From an uncultured Bacteroidales bacterium (lineage in GTDB: Bacteria; Bacteroidota; Bacteroidia; Bacteroidales; CHK158-818), in NCBI GenBank assembly GCA_949300615.1, contig CASGEW010000002.1:4562-68561 (forward strand): DNA of 64,000 nt. The letters are read 5' to 3'. Position 1 is the first letter of the stretch. Each line of letters starts with the position of its first letter. A program made the translations under genes and the position numbers. Positions 1 to 10,390 of this stretch are shown here, piece after piece. Below the pieces are notes generated by a model. That model was given only the letters and a program-made list of their open reading frames with translations, ran no database searches and was not told the origin of the DNA.

Positions 1-49
1 TCTTGGAAGCATTGCTTCATTTCGATTGACAAATCCCGAAAAGATTTTA

Positions 50-57
50 TATATTTG
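50..57 (+). promoter_or_regulatory. Bacteroides-type -7 promoter motif (TATATTTG) upstream of trkA
   Basis: Exact TAnnTTTG match 38 nt upstream of the trkA ATG. Confidence 0.4.
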
Positions 58-94
58 CGTTCTATTCAGTGCTTAGGCACATAAATACAATAAA

Positions 95-1435
95 ATGAAA
101 ATTATTATTGTCGGCGCAGGAGAAGTAGGTACCCATTTAGCCAAAATGCTATCGCGCGAGAATCAAGATATTATCTTAATCGATTCCGATGAACGGAAAT
201 TAGAACCGCTCAATACGAGTTACAACCTGATGACCATCGTAGGATCGCCTACCTCCATAAAGATCATGAAAGAGGCCGGCATTCACAAATGCGACCTGTT
301 TATTGCCGTAACACCACACGAGACAAGCAACATCACGGCTTGTATGTTGGCATCGAACTTAGGGGCCAAACAAACCGTTGCCCGCATAGACAATTACGAA
401 TACCTGCAACCCGAGAACAAAGTATTTTTCCAGAAACTGGGAATCAATGAGCTTATCTATCCCGAAATGCTGGCTGCCCAAGAAATCGTAACCGCCTTAA
501 AACGTACCTGGGTAAGGCATTGGTTTGAATTTTGCAACGGCAAACTGATTCTGATCGGTGTAAAATTACGGGAAAGTTCTTCCATTATCAACTGCAAACT
601 AAGCGAGCTGACCCGTACCGACAACTACTTCCACATCGCCTTGATAAAACGCAAGGACGAAACAATCATCCCTCGCGGTAACGATGTCCTGCAAATAGGA
701 GATATTGTCTATTTTACCACCACCCCCGAATATGTTCAAGACATCCGGAAACTAACTGGGAAAGAAGAGATCGACGTACAGAATGTAATGATCTTGGGAG
801 GAAGCCGCATCACGATACAAACCGCCAAATATGCTCCGGAGAAAATAGAAATCAAAGTGATCGAATCCGACAGTGAGAAATGTTACAAGATTTCCGAGAA
901 AATGAGCCATGACGTAAAAATCATCAACGGCGACGGACGGGACATCGACCTGCTCCGGGAAGAAGGTATCGGCGATGTAGACGCATTCGTGGCCTTGACC
1001 GACAGTTCAGAGACCAACATCCTGGCCTGTCTGACGGCCAAAGGATTCGGTGTCCCCAAAACGGTGGCCGAGGTAGAAAACTTGGCATACATCTCAACGG
1101 CCGAAGGGTTGAACATCGGGACAACCATCAACAAAAAACTGATAGCTGCCAGCCGCATCTACCAACTCCTATTGGATACGGACAGCTCCAACACCAAATG
1201 CCTCTCTCTGGTAACCGCCGAGGTAATTGAACTGGTGGCCAAAAAGGGCTCCAAAATAACCAGTGCTCCCGTTAAAGAGCTATCCCTTCCCAAGGACATT
1301 ACCATTGGCGGGCTCATCCGGGACGGGAAAGGGGTTGTGGTTACGGGCGACACCCAAATACAACCCGACGATCATGTACTCGTTTTCTGTTTGGACGCAG
1401 CCATTCAAAAAATAGGACGCCTATTCGGCTGCTAA
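95..1435 (+). CDS. trkA: Trk K+ uptake system NAD-binding subunit TrkA
   Basis: 446 aa. Two RCK/TrkA-N Rossmann repeats (IIIVGAGEVG at the N-terminus, VMILGGSRIT mid-protein). Directly followed by trkH. Confidence 0.9.
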   Translation: MKIIIVGAGEVGTHLAKMLSRENQDIILIDSDERKLEPLNTSYNLMTIVGSPTSIKIMKEAGIHKCDLFIAVTPHETSNITACMLASNLGAKQTVARIDNYEYLQPENKVFFQKLGINELIYPEMLAAQEIVTALKRTWVRHWFEFCNGKLILIGVKLRESSSIINCKLSELTRTDNYFHIALIKRKDETIIPRGNDVLQIGDIVYFTTTPEYVQDIRKLTGKEEIDVQNVMILGGSRITIQTAKYAPEKIEIKVIESDSEKCYKISEKMSHDVKIINGDGRDIDLLREEGIGDVDAFVALTDSSETNILACLTAKGFGVPKTVAEVENLAYISTAEGLNIGTTINKKLIAASRIYQLLLDTDSSNTKCLSLVTAEVIELVAKKGSKITSAPVKELSLPKDITIGGLIRDGKGVVVTGDTQIQPDDHVLVFCLDAAIQKIGRLFGC

Positions 1436-1456
1436 CAAAACTGGTATTGACTATCT

Positions 1457-2914
1457 ATGAAACTGAATATTCGCATATTGTTATATATTTTGGGACTTCT
1501 GCTCTGTTTCGAGTCGTTGTTTCTCCTGCTCTCGTTCGGGGTTTCCCTCCTGTACCAAGAAAATGACCGCATCCCTTTATTGTTTTCCACTATCATTACG
1601 GCTTGTGTGGGATTTCTATTGGCTATCTGCTCCCGAAAACATGAAAGGAAGATGGGTAAACGCGAAGTATTTCTGCTGGTATCGTTTTCGTGGATCATCT
1701 TTTCCCTGTTCGGGATGTTGCCGTTCTTATTAGGGGGATACCTGACCTCGGTTGCCGATGCCTTTTTTGAAACCATGTCGGGATTCACCACTACCGGCGC
1801 TACCGTAATCGACCACATAGATGACCTCCCGCACGGTATCCTGTTCTGGCGAAGCATCACCCAATGGCTTGGCGGGATGGGCATCATCGTCTTGACATTA
1901 GCCATCCTTCCCATGCTCAACTCCGGAGAGGGAACCCAGTTATTCAATGCTGAAGCACCGGGAGTACGACACGACAAAATTACCCCCCGTATCAGCCAAA
2001 CGGCCAAGCGATTATGGGTCCTTTACCTCTCTATGACGCTTGTTGCAAGCACAATCCTTTATTTAGGCCCCATGAATCTCTTCGACTCGATATGTCATGC
2101 GTTTTCCGCCATGGCTACCGGAGGATATTCTACCAAACAGGCCAGTATCGCCTACTGGGAATCGCCCTATACAGAATACGCCATTACGCTTATCATGTTT
2201 TTTGCGGGCATCAACTTCTCTTTACTATACATAACCATTACCGGAAATTACAAAAAGCTGTTTAAAGATCAAGAGGTAAAATGGTATGCGTGTACAGTAT
2301 TGATCTTCACCCTTACCATTTCTATCGGATTGCTCTACACCGGTCAATACCATCATGTAGAGGAGGCTTTCAGAGTATCTATATTTCAAGTAGTCAGCCT
2401 CATTACTACAACAGGTTTCGCCACGGCCGACTTCGTCGTCTGGGGGCCGTTTTTCTGTTTCCTCATGTTCTTAATCATGATTCCGGGTGCTTGTGCCGGT
2501 TCTACCAGCGGAGGCCTCAAACAGGTACGCATTATCATCGCCTTCAAGCACTTGGCCATTGAGTTTTACAAACAACTACACCCCCGGGCCGTCGTTCCGG
2601 TACGGATCAACAAATACACCTTACCACCAGAAATGGTGACCAAAGTATTGTCATTCATCCTCATTTACGCATTAGTGGCCTTGGGTTGTTCCGCTATATT
2701 AAGCATGGAAGGCTTTAACTTTGAAGAATCCATCAGCGTGACCATTACCTGCCTAAGTAACGTAGGGCCGGGATTAGGATCGGCAGGACCTTCCGGAACG
2801 CTTGCCTATCTGTCGGATATCAGCAAATGGACTCTGTCGTTCGCCATGTTAGTGGGACGATTGGAGCTGTTTACCGTCCTCATCTTGTTTACTCCCTATT
2901 TCTGGAAAAAATAA
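1457..2914 (+). CDS. trkH: Trk K+ uptake system membrane subunit TrkH
   Basis: 485 aa polytopic membrane protein with TrkH-like pore-loop glycine segments (TTTGATV, MATGGYST, TTTGFAT). Adjacent to trkA. Confidence 0.88.
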   Translation: MKLNIRILLYILGLLLCFESLFLLLSFGVSLLYQENDRIPLLFSTIITACVGFLLAICSRKHERKMGKREVFLLVSFSWIIFSLFGMLPFLLGGYLTSVADAFFETMSGFTTTGATVIDHIDDLPHGILFWRSITQWLGGMGIIVLTLAILPMLNSGEGTQLFNAEAPGVRHDKITPRISQTAKRLWVLYLSMTLVASTILYLGPMNLFDSICHAFSAMATGGYSTKQASIAYWESPYTEYAITLIMFFAGINFSLLYITITGNYKKLFKDQEVKWYACTVLIFTLTISIGLLYTGQYHHVEEAFRVSIFQVVSLITTTGFATADFVVWGPFFCFLMFLIMIPGACAGSTSGGLKQVRIIIAFKHLAIEFYKQLHPRAVVPVRINKYTLPPEMVTKVLSFILIYALVALGCSAILSMEGFNFEESISVTITCLSNVGPGLGSAGPSGTLAYLSDISKWTLSFAMLVGRLELFTVLILFTPYFWKK

Positions 2915-2980
2915 AAAACTTTGGAAGGAACGATAAATGAGGAATAACGACCTTCATCTAAAAAATAGCATTTTTTTTAT

Positions 2981-2988
2981 TACTTTTG
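2981..2988 (+). promoter_or_regulatory. -7 promoter motif (TACTTTTG) upstream of ftsK
   Basis: Exact TAnnTTTG match 30 nt upstream of the ATG at 3018. Confidence 0.4.
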
Positions 2989-3017
2989 TCTCGTTTCCAT
3001 TTTGAAAAAACGCCACC

Positions 3018-5504
3018 ATGACCAAGAAAAAAAACGAAAAAACAGCATACGCCCCCAACAAAATATCTTTTTTCTCACGGCTATCCCGTTTCCTGAAAAG
3101 CGAACAGACCCATTTTGTCATAGGTCTTTGTTCGGCACTCTTCGGAGTCTATCTGATGTTGGCATTCATCTCGTTCTTCTTTACGGGAGCTGCTGACCAA
3201 AGCCGGTTGGAGAACCTCTCTTTCGGGGATTTAAGTAGCGTAAAAAACGAAATCACCAATTGGACAGGGGCCATCGGGGCTTACCTCTCGAACCTGATCA
3301 TAAACAAATGGACCGGAATATCTTCTTTCGTGTTGTGTATCTTCTTTTTTTGTATCGGGCTTAAATGGATGAAGATACGGCCGACCCTCTCTGTTACGAA
3401 AACGTTTTTCTATACCTGTGCCTGCCTTATCTGGGGATCCATATTTTTCGGATTTTTCTTTATATCGGGTTACGATGACACGTTCATCTATTTGGGAGGT
3501 ATGCACGGGTACTACACAACCCTGCTGTTGGAAGCCAACATCGGCTGGTTTGGCACGTTGTTGTTAATTGTCCTGGGCTTCCTTCTCTTTATGATACTGG
3601 TAAGTAAACGTACTGTACCGTTTTTACAACAATTTTTCCGGTTCGGGTGGTTACGGTTCAAAAAACATACGCCCGACAACGAACCCGTCCAAGAGGAAAC
3701 AGAAAAAAATACCCCCCAAGAACCTCAACAACCGGCTAAATACGAGCCGCAAGATCCGGGAGTGTGGGTGGAACAACCGCTTATGGTAGAATATGACACC
3801 ACTACCACGCCGATGGAAAAAGAGGAAAAAGAAGAACCTGTATCTCCATCGGAAAAAGAAAGCACTTTTGAGGTAATCCAACCCCAAAGCCCGCTGTTTA
3901 CACCTCCGGCATCCCCGCAAAAAGAGGAAGAAAAAGAGATCGAGATGGAGGTAATCACCCACGAAGAAGAACCGTTCGACGGCCAGGAGTTGGGAGAGTA
4001 CGACCCGACGCTGGACTTATCTCACTACAAATACCCGACGTTCGACCTGTTAAACCAGTACGACAACCGGAAACGGCCGGTGGACATGGAAGAACAGAAT
4101 AAAAACAAAAACCGGATTATCGAAACCTTGGAGCACTACGGTATTAAAATCAGCTCCATCATCGCTACGGTAGGTCCCACGATCACGCTGTACGAGATTG
4201 TCCCCGAACCGGGAATACGTATCTCGAAAATCAAAAACCTGGAAGATGACATTGCCCTGAGCCTGGCTGCATTGGGCATCCGAATTATCGCGCCGATACC
4301 GGGAAAAGGAACTATCGGAATAGAAGTTCCCAACAAAGACCCCCAAATCGTACCGATGCAGTCGATCATCGCCTCGCAAAAATTCCAGGAGTGTAAATAT
4401 GACCTGCCCATTGCCTTAGGGAAGACCATCACCGACGAGATATTCATTACTGACCTGTGCAAAATGCCGCACATCCTGGTAGCCGGAGCCACGGGACAGG
4501 GTAAATCGGTAGGGCTGAACGCCATCATCACCTCCCTGCTCTACAAGAAACATCCGTCGCAACTGAAATTCGTACTGGTCGATCCCAAAAAGGTTGAGTT
4601 CAACATCTACGCCTCGATAGAACGGCATTTCTTGGCCAAGCTCCCCGATGCGGAAGAGGCCATCATCACCGACGTTACCAAGGTGGTGCAAACGCTCAAC
4701 TCCATCACCAAAGAGATGGACAACCGGTACGACCTGTTGAAAAAAGCGCACACCCGCAATATCAAAGAGTACAACGCCAAGTTTATCGCCCGCAAGCTGA
4801 ACCCGAACAACGGACACCGCTATATGCCCTACATCGTGGTCATCATAGACGAGTTCGGCGACCTGATCATGACGGCCGGCAAAGAGGTGGAACTTCCCAT
4901 CGCCCGTATCGCCCAACTGGCCCGGGCCGTGGGCATACACATGATTATCGCTACCCAACGTCCCTCGACCAACATCATAACCGGTATAATCAAAGCCAAT
5001 TTCCCGGCCCGGGTAGCATTCCGCGTATCGTCGATGATAGATTCCCGTACCATTCTCGACTGTCCGGGAGCCAACCAGCTAATCGGACGGGGAGATTTGC
5101 TCTTCTCCCAAGGCAGCGACCTGATACGTGTACAATGTGCCTTCGTCGATACTCCTGAAATAGAAGAGGTCTGCAACTACATCGGAGAACAGACAGGGTA
5201 TCCTACGGCTTACCTGTTACCCGAATACGTCGGTGAAAACGGAGAAGGGGAAGGCTTCGGAACAATAGACCTGAAAGAACGCGACCCGATGTTCGAGGAG
5301 GCTGCCCGCCTGATCGTGGCCAACCAACAGGGATCGACCTCGTTGATACAACGGAAATTCTCCATCGGATACAACCGGGCCGGACGTATCATGGACCAAC
5401 TCGAAGCTGCCGGTATCGTAGGCCCGTTTGAAGGAAGCAAAGCCCGTCAGGTACTGGTCATGGATGATATGCACTTAGATTCGATTTTGGAAAACCTAAG
5501 ATAA
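3018..5504 (+). CDS. ftsK: DNA translocase FtsK/SpoIIIE
   Basis: 828 aa. N-terminal TM segments and a P/Q/E-rich linker. Walker A AGATGQGKS, IIATQRPS motif and a C-terminal gamma winged-helix (LIQRKFSIGYNRAGRIMDQLE). Confidence 0.93.
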   Translation: MTKKKNEKTAYAPNKISFFSRLSRFLKSEQTHFVIGLCSALFGVYLMLAFISFFFTGAADQSRLENLSFGDLSSVKNEITNWTGAIGAYLSNLIINKWTGISSFVLCIFFFCIGLKWMKIRPTLSVTKTFFYTCACLIWGSIFFGFFFISGYDDTFIYLGGMHGYYTTLLLEANIGWFGTLLLIVLGFLLFMILVSKRTVPFLQQFFRFGWLRFKKHTPDNEPVQEETEKNTPQEPQQPAKYEPQDPGVWVEQPLMVEYDTTTTPMEKEEKEEPVSPSEKESTFEVIQPQSPLFTPPASPQKEEEKEIEMEVITHEEEPFDGQELGEYDPTLDLSHYKYPTFDLLNQYDNRKRPVDMEEQNKNKNRIIETLEHYGIKISSIIATVGPTITLYEIVPEPGIRISKIKNLEDDIALSLAALGIRIIAPIPGKGTIGIEVPNKDPQIVPMQSIIASQKFQECKYDLPIALGKTITDEIFITDLCKMPHILVAGATGQGKSVGLNAIITSLLYKKHPSQLKFVLVDPKKVEFNIYASIERHFLAKLPDAEEAIITDVTKVVQTLNSITKEMDNRYDLLKKAHTRNIKEYNAKFIARKLNPNNGHRYMPYIVVIIDEFGDLIMTAGKEVELPIARIAQLARAVGIHMIIATQRPSTNIITGIIKANFPARVAFRVSSMIDSRTILDCPGANQLIGRGDLLFSQGSDLIRVQCAFVDTPEIEEVCNYIGEQTGYPTAYLLPEYVGENGEGEGFGTIDLKERDPMFEEAARLIVANQQGSTSLIQRKFSIGYNRAGRIMDQLEAAGIVGPFEGSKARQVLVMDDMHLDSILENLR

Positions 5505-5510
5505 ACGGTC

Positions 5511-6161
5511 ATGGAAAAACAACTTGTTGCCTGCATCTCGCTTGTCTTATGCCTGCTCCCGGTTTCAGCGCTCTTTTCGCAAAGCGACCCCAAAGCGATG
5601 GAGATACTCGACCAGGTCTCCACACATTACCAGGAAGCCAACGGCATCACGGCCACATTCACGATTGAGACACAGGCCGAGGGCGAAGAGGAATACCGCT
5701 CGCAAGGAGAACTGAAAATGCAAGAAGAGAAGTTCTTTCTCTCCACCCCCGAGGTATTGACCTGGTTTGACGGAACCACCCAATGGGCCATGCTGGTAGA
5801 TGCCAACGAAGTAAACATCACCAACCCAACCGAAGAAGAGCTGAAAGCGGTCAATCCGTACGTCTTGTTGCAACTATACAAAAACGGCTTCGACTGTACG
5901 CTCGATGAGCAGGGAAAATCCGGTAACGGAAAGACAAAAAGAATCGTTCTAATTCCCACCGAGGAGAACGAACTTGAAAAAATCATCCTCGAAATCGATA
6001 CCGAAAAACAGTATCCGGTATCCATCGAAATGATCAATAAGAACAAAAGCCGGAACAAGATAACGGTATCATCGTATAAAGAGAAGATGAAACATCCCAA
6101 AGAGATATTTGTTTTTAATAAAAGCCAATATCCCCAAACAGAAATAATCGACTTACGCTAA
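5511..6161 (+). CDS. LolA-like outer-membrane lipoprotein carrier protein
   Basis: 216 aa with a signal peptide. Size and the position immediately after ftsK are typical of LolA-like proteins in Bacteroidota. Called from context and general similarity only. Confidence 0.55.
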   Translation: MEKQLVACISLVLCLLPVSALFSQSDPKAMEILDQVSTHYQEANGITATFTIETQAEGEEEYRSQGELKMQEEKFFLSTPEVLTWFDGTTQWAMLVDANEVNITNPTEEELKAVNPYVLLQLYKNGFDCTLDEQGKSGNGKTKRIVLIPTEENELEKIILEIDTEKQYPVSIEMINKNKSRNKITVSSYKEKMKHPKEIFVFNKSQYPQTEIIDLR

Positions 6162-6173
6162 CAAAATACGACT

Positions 6174-7121
6174 ATGGCAGAAAAACGACATGTACGGTGC
6201 TTGATCATCGGTTCGGGACCGGCCGGTTACACCGCCGCCATCTACGCATCCAGAGCAAACCTGAACCCGGTATTGTACGAAGGCATACAACCCGGTGGTC
6301 AGCTGACCACCACCACCGAGATAGAGAATTTCCCCGGTTATCCGCAAGGTATTTCGGGTGTCGAACTGATGGAAGACCTGCGCAAACAGTCCGAACGATT
6401 CGGTACCGAGATTCACTCGGGCATTGCCGTTTCTGTCGACTTCTCGGCGAAACCGCTGCAAGTAACTTTCGACGACAACCAAACCATCGAAGCCGATACG
6501 GTCATCATCGCTACCGGAGCTTCGGCCAAATACCTGGGACTGCCCGACGAGGCCAAATATGCCGGTATGGGTGTTTCGGCCTGTGCTACCTGCGACGGAT
6601 TCTTCTACCGTAAAAAGGTGGTGGCCGTAGTAGGCGGAGGCGATACCGCCTGCGAAGAGGCCGGATACCTCTCCCAACTGGCCTCCAAGGTATATCTGAT
6701 TGTCCGGAAAAACTACCTGCGTGCATCCAAAATCATGCAGGAACGTGTAACCCGGACGGCCAACATCGAGATTCTGTTCGAGACCCAGGTGGTCGGGTTG
6801 TTCGGCGAAAATGGCGTAGAAGGGGCCCATATCGTCCATCGCAAAGGAACTCCCGAGGAGAGCTATTCAGACCTGCCGATAGACGGGCTCTTCCTGGCCA
6901 TCGGACACAAACCCAATACCGACGTATTCAAACCCTATCTCTCGCTTGATGAAACCGGCTACATCCAAACAGAAGGGGTAACGACTGCGACAAACATTGC
7001 AGGAGTATTCGCTGCCGGCGACGTGGCCGATCCCCATTACCGACAAGCGATAACCGCTGCGGCAAGCGGCTGCAAGGCGGCCATAGATGCCGAACGATAC
7101 TTGGCCGAGAACCGGCTTTAA
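6174..7121 (+). CDS. trxB: Thioredoxin-disulfide reductase
   Basis: 315 aa. FAD motif GSGPAGYTAA, redox-active CATCDG, NADPH motif GGGDTACEEA, C-terminal GDVAD. Confidence 0.93.
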   Translation: MAEKRHVRCLIIGSGPAGYTAAIYASRANLNPVLYEGIQPGGQLTTTTEIENFPGYPQGISGVELMEDLRKQSERFGTEIHSGIAVSVDFSAKPLQVTFDDNQTIEADTVIIATGASAKYLGLPDEAKYAGMGVSACATCDGFFYRKKVVAVVGGGDTACEEAGYLSQLASKVYLIVRKNYLRASKIMQERVTRTANIEILFETQVVGLFGENGVEGAHIVHRKGTPEESYSDLPIDGLFLAIGHKPNTDVFKPYLSLDETGYIQTEGVTTATNIAGVFAAGDVADPHYRQAITAAASGCKAAIDAERYLAENRL

Positions 7122-7197
7122 CGGAAAATCCGGAACAGATGATTTGCTCTTCCTCGTTGGGGAGAAAGAATTTACATCCTCCTTTTAAACCGTCCGC

Positions 7198-8310
7198 ATG
7201 AAAAAAGGAATTGTATTGGCCTGCTTCTGCCTGATCGCCGCTTGGGGGTATTGCCAAGGGGAAAAGACCCGTATCTCATGGGACTATTCTTCGCGAAAAT
7301 TCGTAAACACAGGCGTTTATGCACGGGTTAAGAAACTCGCAGGGGGAGACCTCTGCCTGGTTTACAGTCAAGGGCCCGCCATCTGGATTCGCAAAAGTAC
7401 CGACGAAGGCCGAAGCTGGTTGCCCGCTATCAAGGTGAGCGAGGATGAACGCTACAACTATACCAATTCCGAGCTGTTGCAGCTGCAAAACGGATGGCTG
7501 CTCTATACATGGAACGCCCGTCCCCGAGAAGAAAACCGCTACGAATACCTGATCATGGGAGCCATCTCCAAAGATCAGGGAGAGACGTGGGAAGCGGAAC
7601 AGACCATCTACCAGGCCGGAAAAAACTTCCATAACGGTTGCTGGGAGCCATTCGCCTTACAACTGCCCGACGGCGAAATACAGCTCTATTTCGCCAACGA
7701 ACGGCCCTATCCCCAAAGTTACGAGCAGGAGATCACCTTGATCCGGTCGTTCAGCAACGGGACTTTATGGAGCCTTCCGCAGACGGTCTCTTTCAGAAAA
7801 GGGAAAAGGGACGGTATGCCCGTGGCCGTTCTCCTTCAAAACGGAGAGATAGCCCTGGCCATTGAAGACAACGGCATAGCCGGGACCTTTAAACCTGTGA
7901 TTGTCCGCACCGACGACAACTGGAAAGGCGGTACCGTACGGGCCGACAGCCCCCAACGGGAGCACGCCCTGGCCCCTCCATACCAACTGCCGGACTCCGT
8001 ATATGCCGGAGCTCCGTACCTGATACAACTGAAAAACGGAGCCACCCTGCTTGCCATCCAGTCGTCCGAAAACCGAAACGGTACCACCGAAAAATATGCC
8101 AATCTCCGCGTATATGTAGGCGATAAGAATGCCCGGGACTTTTCCTCCCCCACGACTCCCTATCCCACACTTCCACCGCAGGCGCACGCCCTGTGGAATT
8201 CGTTGTGCCAAATCAACGACTCTACCGTCATGGCTGTATCCTCGCTGGGAGGATTGGAACAAGAGAACGGCATCTGGACCATAACCGGGAAAATAGTTAC
8301 ATCCGAATAA
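7198..8310 (+). CDS. BNR/Asp-box repeat protein, sialidase-fold (exo-alpha-sialidase-like), secreted
   Basis: 370 aa with a signal peptide. Asp-box-like SxDxGxxW motifs (STDEGRSW, SKDQGETW) and a weaker SFSNGTLW. Confidence 0.6.
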   Translation: MKKGIVLACFCLIAAWGYCQGEKTRISWDYSSRKFVNTGVYARVKKLAGGDLCLVYSQGPAIWIRKSTDEGRSWLPAIKVSEDERYNYTNSELLQLQNGWLLYTWNARPREENRYEYLIMGAISKDQGETWEAEQTIYQAGKNFHNGCWEPFALQLPDGEIQLYFANERPYPQSYEQEITLIRSFSNGTLWSLPQTVSFRKGKRDGMPVAVLLQNGEIALAIEDNGIAGTFKPVIVRTDDNWKGGTVRADSPQREHALAPPYQLPDSVYAGAPYLIQLKNGATLLAIQSSENRNGTTEKYANLRVYVGDKNARDFSSPTTPYPTLPPQAHALWNSLCQINDSTVMAVSSLGGLEQENGIWTITGKIVTSE

Positions 8311-8383
8311 GAGCCTCTTTTCAACAACGGGCTATCGAATCGATTTTATCATTACCGGGGACATAAAATATCATATTTAGTTT

Positions 8384-8391
8384 TATCTTTG
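8384..8391 (+). promoter_or_regulatory. -7 promoter motif (TATCTTTG) immediately upstream of the porin-like gene
   Basis: Exact TAnnTTTG match ending 8 nt before the ATG at 8399. Implies a very short or absent 5' UTR. Confidence 0.4.
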
Positions 8392-8398
8392 CACTCGT

Positions 8399-10372
8399 AT
8401 GAAAAAAGCACTATATGTAGTTATCCTATTGGTTTGCAGCACAACGCTTCTTTTGGGACAAACCAAAAAGAAGACCCCCTCTGCCGACCCGTACGCATGG
8501 CGTCTGACCCAACCGTTGGGCAATCGCTATCTCGTACCCATGGATACGTTGATGCTCAACTTCTACCAAACCGACCTGCCTGCTACCTACTCGGTAGCCA
8601 ACGGATTTACGGGTGCGTTGGGGGGAGCGATGTACTCAAAAATATTTTTCGACCGGCAACCCATGCGCGAATTTATCTTTGAACAACCCTACCTCCACTG
8701 GATACCGACCCCCTCTACCTTCAACTTTTACAATACCCGCATACCCTTTACGCACGTATCCTACCTGACGGGGGGAACAAAAGCCACGGCTCCGGACCAC
8801 CTGAACATCGTATTCTCGGGCAATGCCAACAAACGGCTGGCCATCGGGGCAGCATTCGACCTGATTTTTGCACGGGGCTATTACGACAACCAAAACACCA
8901 AAGACCTGAGTTATCAAATAAACGGCAGTTACATCGGTGAGAAATACGAACTGCAAGTTTTTCTGAATACATACAATTTTGTAAACAAAGAAAACGGCGG
9001 TATTCAAAACGACGACTACATCCTGAAACCGGAAGAGACCGGTGGGAAGAACGGGGTAGATCCACAAACCATCCCGGTCAACCTGACCGATGCCCACAAC
9101 CGTACCCGCGGCAAGAATTACTTCGCCACACAACGCTACAACCTCGGTTTTTACCGGGAAAAGGAGAAAACCAATCCCCAAGATACCCTGAGCCAAGGCG
9201 AAGAGTTTGTGCCGGTGTCCAGCATCATTCATACCATCGAGTACCAGGCCAACCGGCGACGTTTTATCGCTACCAACCCCTCCACCTCGCCGGGAGAAAA
9301 GCCGTTCTGGCAATACAACTACTTCGATGACGAGAATACGAACGATACCACTTCGTACTGGTCTATCAAAAACACCGTAGGACTCTCCCTGCGCGAAGGG
9401 TTCAACCGTTACGCCAAGGCCGGGCTGACGGGATACCTGACCTACGAGGCCCGACAGTTCAAGACCATGGGCGATACCACGTTGGTATTCGATGACGAAG
9501 GCAACAGAGTACCCACCCCCCAACAGAAATATAGGGAAAACCTGTTATGGGTAGGTGCCCAACTATCCAAACAACAAGGGAAGATCTTAACCTATACCGT
9601 CGACGGGAAGATCGGTCTGAGCGGGCCCGCCACCGGAGCCATAGACGTAGAAGGAACCATCAACACCCGCATCCCGATCAAAAAAGACACCATTCAGGTA
9701 CGGGCCTACGGCTTCTTCAAGAATACCGAACCGGCCTTCTATTACCGACACTATTCGTCCAACCATTTCTATTGGAACAACGATTTCGGGAAGGAACGCC
9801 GCTTCCGTGTGGGAGGAGAATTCTCGGTACCGCGATGGAGGACCTCCGTCAACGTGGGAGTGGAAAACCTGCAAAACTACGTTTACATGAATCAGAATGC
9901 CGTTCCTCAACAAGAGAGCGACATCATACAGGTGTTCTCGGCTGAGCTGAACCAGAATTTCAAATTCGGCATATTCAACCTCGACAACAAACTGGTATAT
10001 CAAAAGAGCAGTAAACCCAGTATCATCTCGCTGCCCGATTTCAGCCTGCAAAGCAATATGTACCTGCTGTTCCGCATCGCACGGGTGCTGCACGTACAGT
10101 TCGGTGTCGATTGCCAATACTTCACCAGCTATTACAGCGATGCGTACCAACCGGCCACCCTGAGTTTCTACAACCAGCGCGAAATCAAGGTAGGAAACTA
10201 TCCGCTGATGAACCTGTATGCCAATATGAAACTGAAACAGACCCGCTTCTTTGTGATGCTCTCGCACGTAAACCAAGGCCTGTTCGGCGGAAACGACTAT
10301 TTCATATTGCCGCACTATCCACTAAATCCCCGCTCTTTCCAGATGGGATTATCCATAGATTTCTCCAATTAA
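8399..10372 (+). CDS. Putative outer-membrane beta-barrel protein (putative porin family)
   Basis: 657 aa. Signal peptide MKKALYVVILLVCSTTLLLGQ. Composition rich in alternating aromatic and polar residues and in Y/N/G, typical of OM barrels. Family assignment is tentative. Confidence 0.5.
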   Translation: MKKALYVVILLVCSTTLLLGQTKKKTPSADPYAWRLTQPLGNRYLVPMDTLMLNFYQTDLPATYSVANGFTGALGGAMYSKIFFDRQPMREFIFEQPYLHWIPTPSTFNFYNTRIPFTHVSYLTGGTKATAPDHLNIVFSGNANKRLAIGAAFDLIFARGYYDNQNTKDLSYQINGSYIGEKYELQVFLNTYNFVNKENGGIQNDDYILKPEETGGKNGVDPQTIPVNLTDAHNRTRGKNYFATQRYNLGFYREKEKTNPQDTLSQGEEFVPVSSIIHTIEYQANRRRFIATNPSTSPGEKPFWQYNYFDDENTNDTTSYWSIKNTVGLSLREGFNRYAKAGLTGYLTYEARQFKTMGDTTLVFDDEGNRVPTPQQKYRENLLWVGAQLSKQQGKILTYTVDGKIGLSGPATGAIDVEGTINTRIPIKKDTIQVRAYGFFKNTEPAFYYRHYSSNHFYWNNDFGKERRFRVGGEFSVPRWRTSVNVGVENLQNYVYMNQNAVPQQESDIIQVFSAELNQNFKFGIFNLDNKLVYQKSSKPSIISLPDFSLQSNMYLLFRIARVLHVQFGVDCQYFTSYYSDAYQPATLSFYNQREIKVGNYPLMNLYANMKLKQTRFFVMLSHVNQGLFGGNDYFILPHYPLNPRSFQMGLSIDFSN

Positions 10373-10390
10373 CAGAAACCGTCCCCGGCA

